Assembly (NCBI GenBank): GCA_977020255.1
Contig: CDROCS010000506.1
Span: 620,001-684,000, forward strand
From: Obrimoposthia wandeli
Lineage: Eukaryota
Direction: 5' to 3'
Length of the DNA stretch: 64,000 bases
A program made the position numbers and the translations under genes. The notes beneath the pieces are model-generated. The model did no database searches. It was not told the origin of the DNA and saw only the letters and a list, made by a program, of their open reading frames with translations. Numbering within the stretch: position 1 is the first letter of the stretch; each line of letters opens with the position of its first letter. Shown here in pieces: positions 60,963 to 64,000 of this stretch.

Positions 60963-61721
60963 TTAGAAACCGTAAGATGCACCTACAACAAGTACGTTAT
61001 TGTTGTGACCAGGATTCGATTTAGCTGAAGACTCTTGGTTACGATATTCTACGTATGGTTGAACACCAGCACGTGTCCAAGTTGCACGTAATTCATGCTC
61101 CATAGAGTTGTCATTGTTAACGCCGTCATTTACATAATAAACATTGTTGTATTTAACATTTACTGGCATATCTTTGAATTGGTAAGCAATGTTGTTATCT
61201 AAACGCACTTGATCGTTTGTTACATCTACGCCAGCCTTGATTGCATCATTTGCTTGGATTTGCATACGAGTACGGTTAGAGATAGAAAGACCATTATCGA
61301 AATTGTAACCAATTTTTACTAATGGACGGTATTGAACTACTTCACCGTCGTGTAATAAATGGTGGTAACCAGCTGCTACCCATAAATTATCGTTAACGCT
61401 GAATGATTGTTCGATACCTAATGTAGTATATGCTGAAGCACTTGAATCAGCACCATCCGCACCAAAATCAGTACTACCAAGCTGAATACCATCAAACTCC
61501 ACTAAAAGTGTAGTGCCAGTTGTAAACGTATGGCCAGCTTCGATAGTAGATGTCACATCTGAACCGTTGAAATCAGCACGGTCATGCATTTGCACATTAC
61601 CAGTTACGTAAGAAGAGCCAGCTGCTTCTTGTGGTACTTCAGTATCTGTATTTGCAAACGCAAGAGGAGAAAGTGTAAGAGAAGAACATGCTAATGCTAG
61701 AGCTAGTGTTGATTTTTTCAT
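60963..61721 (-). CDS. Outer-membrane beta-barrel porin (KdgM/NanC-like)
   Basis: Signal peptide, alternating amphipathic strands, C-terminal GASYGF. Confidence 0.75.
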   Translation of the reverse strand: MKKSTLALALACSSLTLSPLAFANTDTEVPQEAAGSSYVTGNVQMHDRADFNGSDVTSTIEAGHTFTTGTTLLVEFDGIQLGSTDFGADGADSSASAYTTLGIEQSFSVNDNLWVAAGYHHLLHDGEVVQYRPLVKIGYNFDNGLSISNRTRMQIQANDAIKAGVDVTNDQVRLDNNIAYQFKDMPVNVKYNNVYYVNDGVNNDNSMEHELRATWTRAGVQPYVEYRNQESSAKSNPGHNNNVLVVGASYGF

Positions 61722-62249
61722 TATGTTTACCTTAAATTTTAATAAAGAGTCAAATAGTATGTAAACCTAACTACTGTCAGTTAGGTTGGGCTAATTCCCG
61801 CTCAAATATTTTCAGTTATCACATGATAAATCCCATTCAAATAAAGGGGTAAATCATGTAAGTGACGTCAAGAACAATCGCTGAGTTTTATTTTGGGCCA
61901 AGCAGAATATAATATCGCACTCACCTTACACTCAGGACTGTCTAACTTGTTGCCAGAAGATGAAACAAATATAACACTTTGTAGGCAGCCGATAATGCTA
62001 TTGACTGATTTCATCGACTTGGCTCACAACTTAATTTACACCGATAATTAATGCAAGCAAGTCCATTAACATTTTACAAACATAAGGCCCTTTAGCACAC
62101 AGAATAAGCTCTTTAGTTTTACTTTAAAATCAACAATCTAATTTAAAACATCAAATAAAGTAACGTATAACATCAAAATAATTAACAAACAAAGAAAAAA
62201 CAAATAAAAATGAACTAAATATCACTTAGCTTGTAAACTGCAGCATAAC

Positions 62250-62265
62250 TGTGAGTAGGTTAACA
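62250..62265. promoter_or_regulatory. Candidate CRP site
   Basis: TGTGA-GTAGGT-TAACA, one mismatch, AT-rich flanks. Confidence 0.5.
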
Positions 62266-62593
62266 TTTACTGCTTTAAACCTGATTGAACCAAACAGCAC
62301 ATAACACTAACTTTCAAAGCGACTTAGTGATAAATCTAGAACATTGTACTTATCAAGCGCATTTAACTTAATTTACAATGTAAAATATAGTCAAATAGAC
62401 CTACTTTAAACCTGTCTAGACTTACCAATTCCGATTAATTCGATAGCCACATGAGTCTATTGATTCATCGAACGCATAGCTTTAATGCCAATCGACGCAC
62501 AATTAACATTCTGATTACAATTAACGTGACAATCTGACGAAATTGAGTAGACTCTTTGTTCTATTTATCATAAACAATAATTATTGAGGCGTT

Positions 62594-63142
62594 ATGATCA
62601 GTGAGTTGATTCGTTGTTTTTATCTTCGTAATAAGCAAACTAACCCAAAAGGTTTTTTTGATACCATCACCCGTTCTTTTCGAGTCGGCTTTCGCCATAT
62701 CGATTTTAACTTGCATATAAACAATGCGAAATATCTGATGTTTCTTGAGAAAGCGCGTTGGGATCATGCGATTCAAACCAATACATTCAATCCATTGTTG
62801 AAGCATAAGTTAAACTTCATCGTTGCCGGTGTTGAGGTGGGTTATATTCGCGAGATAGGTTTATTTAAAAAATTCGATGTCGAAACGACTTACTTAGGTT
62901 GGGATGAAAAATACTTTTATTTGGAACAAAAATGCGTCGTCAATGGCAAGTTATGTAACTACAGCTTAGTAAAAGCGGTTTTTGTCCAAAAAGGTAAAGT
63001 GGTTGCTCCAAACAAAGTAATGGAAATACTGCCTGTTGAACAACGCCCACAGCAATTACCAGAACATATGCAGATATGGAAGGATCTTGGTATAGCTAAG
63101 CGTAACTTCACCACCAGCGAGCCAGTAGATAAAGCCGCTTAG
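62594..63142 (+). CDS. Hot-dog fold acyl-CoA thioesterase
   Basis: IDFNLHINNAKYL..LE.AR. Confidence 0.85.
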   Translation: MISELIRCFYLRNKQTNPKGFFDTITRSFRVGFRHIDFNLHINNAKYLMFLEKARWDHAIQTNTFNPLLKHKLNFIVAGVEVGYIREIGLFKKFDVETTYLGWDEKYFYLEQKCVVNGKLCNYSLVKAVFVQKGKVVAPNKVMEILPVEQRPQQLPEHMQIWKDLGIAKRNFTTSEPVDKAA

Positions 63143-63172
63143 CAAACCAAAAGCTATTTAAGCCGCGTTACA

Positions 63173-64000
63173 TTAAGCGACGCCATGACCTTTAGATGCA
63201 ACCCAGATGCGATACCACTGCTGGTTGTTCATAACCAGTTCTGTCGCTGCAACAGCACTACGTACGCGTTCAATGTTACCACTGCCGATAATAGGTAGTG
63301 GTTTTGATGGTAGTTTTAATATCCATGCAAAGACAACCTGATCAATCGACTGAGCGCCAATTTCCTGTTTAATCGCTTCCAACGTAGTGAGTAAACGCTG
63401 CATACCTTCTGAATCAGTATTAAATAAGCTGCCACCAGCCAAACATGACCATGCCATTGGTCGGATCGCTAATTGCTGTAGCTGATCCAAGGTTCCATCT
63501 TCAGTCACGCCGAGATTAACCGGGTTTATTTCAACTTGATTTGTCACTAATGGACTGCCCCAACGAGATTGCAACAACGCAAACTGCGAGGGAGTAAAAT
63601 TAGATACACCCAAGTGCTTAATCTTACCTTGATGCTTTAACAGTTCAGCAGCTTGAGCAACATCATCAGCGTCCATCAAAAGGTCGGGACGATGTATTAA
63701 TAACACATCCAATTGTTCGACACAGAGGCGCTGCAAAGAAGTATCCACCGAATGAATAATACTGCTTTGTGAACTGTTGTAATGGTTAACATGGTGATTA
63801 GGTGCATCGCTGTGCATAACCTCAATACCACATTTAGAAATAATTTCGATGCTATCTCTCATCTGCGGGTCAAGTTTAAGCGCTTCACCAAATAAGGTTT
63901 CACACGGTGCTTGTGCAGAACCGTACACATGAGCGTGATCCACCGTTGTGATACCCAGTTCGACATGCTGCTTTAAAAAGGTCAAACGAGCTTGTGGATC
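63173..64000 (-). CDS. Aldo/keto reductase (YdhF-like), 5'-partial
   Basis: GITTVDHA.VY, IISKCG, LLIHRPD, GVSNF, NQVEI, IIGSG; frame open to the window edge. Confidence 0.9.
   Translation of the reverse strand, partial: DPQARLTFLKQHVELGITTVDHAHVYGSAQAPCETLFGEALKLDPQMRDSIEIISKCGIEVMHSDAPNHHVNHYNSSQSSIIHSVDTSLQRLCVEQLDVLLIHRPDLLMDADDVAQAAELLKHQGKIKHLGVSNFTPSQFALLQSRWGSPLVTNQVEINPVNLGVTEDGTLDQLQQLAIRPMAWSCLAGGSLFNTDSEGMQRLLTTLEAIKQEIGAQSIDQVVFAWILKLPSKPLPIIGSGNIERVRSAVAATELVMNNQQWYRIWVASKGHGVA

Noticed and set aside
61868-62014. 48-aa minus-strand ORF upstream of the porin
   Set aside because: No Shine-Dalgarno sequence or recognisable motif; length expected by chance
61722-62593. Known riboswitch (c-di-GMP-I, TPP, cobalamin, lysine) in the porin leader
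   Set aside because: None of the conserved cores could be found by eye; an Rfam scan would be decisive

Overview
Chromosomal window from an AT-rich marine gammaproteobacterium; gene content and style suggest Moritella/Psychromonas, which is inference only. Core blocks, left to right: 3' end of a type I secretion ATPase, nadA, a 15-gene tRNA array (6 initiator Met, 5 Val, 4 Lys, partly an exact 369-bp tandem repeat), ybgC-tolQRAB-pal-cpoB, ruvCAB with a LexA box, the fruBKA/cra PTS locus with two Cra operators, cti, aspS, cmoAB, a RimK-like ATP-grasp cluster, ferritin, and adhE with a perfect FNR site. No integrase, transposase, prophage or CRISPR array was seen. Best leads: (1) a lipoprotein-DUF350-membrane aminopropyltransferase-SAM decarboxylase cluster with no evident substrate; (2) a hemerythrin-NIT-HAMP-GGDEF cyclase that may integrate O2 and nitrate; (3) a cyclase with an unrecognised, tandemly duplicated periplasmic sensor; (4) a metal-ligand-dead HD-GYP protein; (5) an ATP-grasp/7TM cluster with a duplicated retropepsin-like lipoprotein protease. 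Two lesions (aspS missing motif 3, one scrambled tRNA-Val copy) may be assembly errors. Short tandem micro-duplications, often 15 bp, recur in genes and at stop codons. All family assignments come from motif recognition, not database searches.
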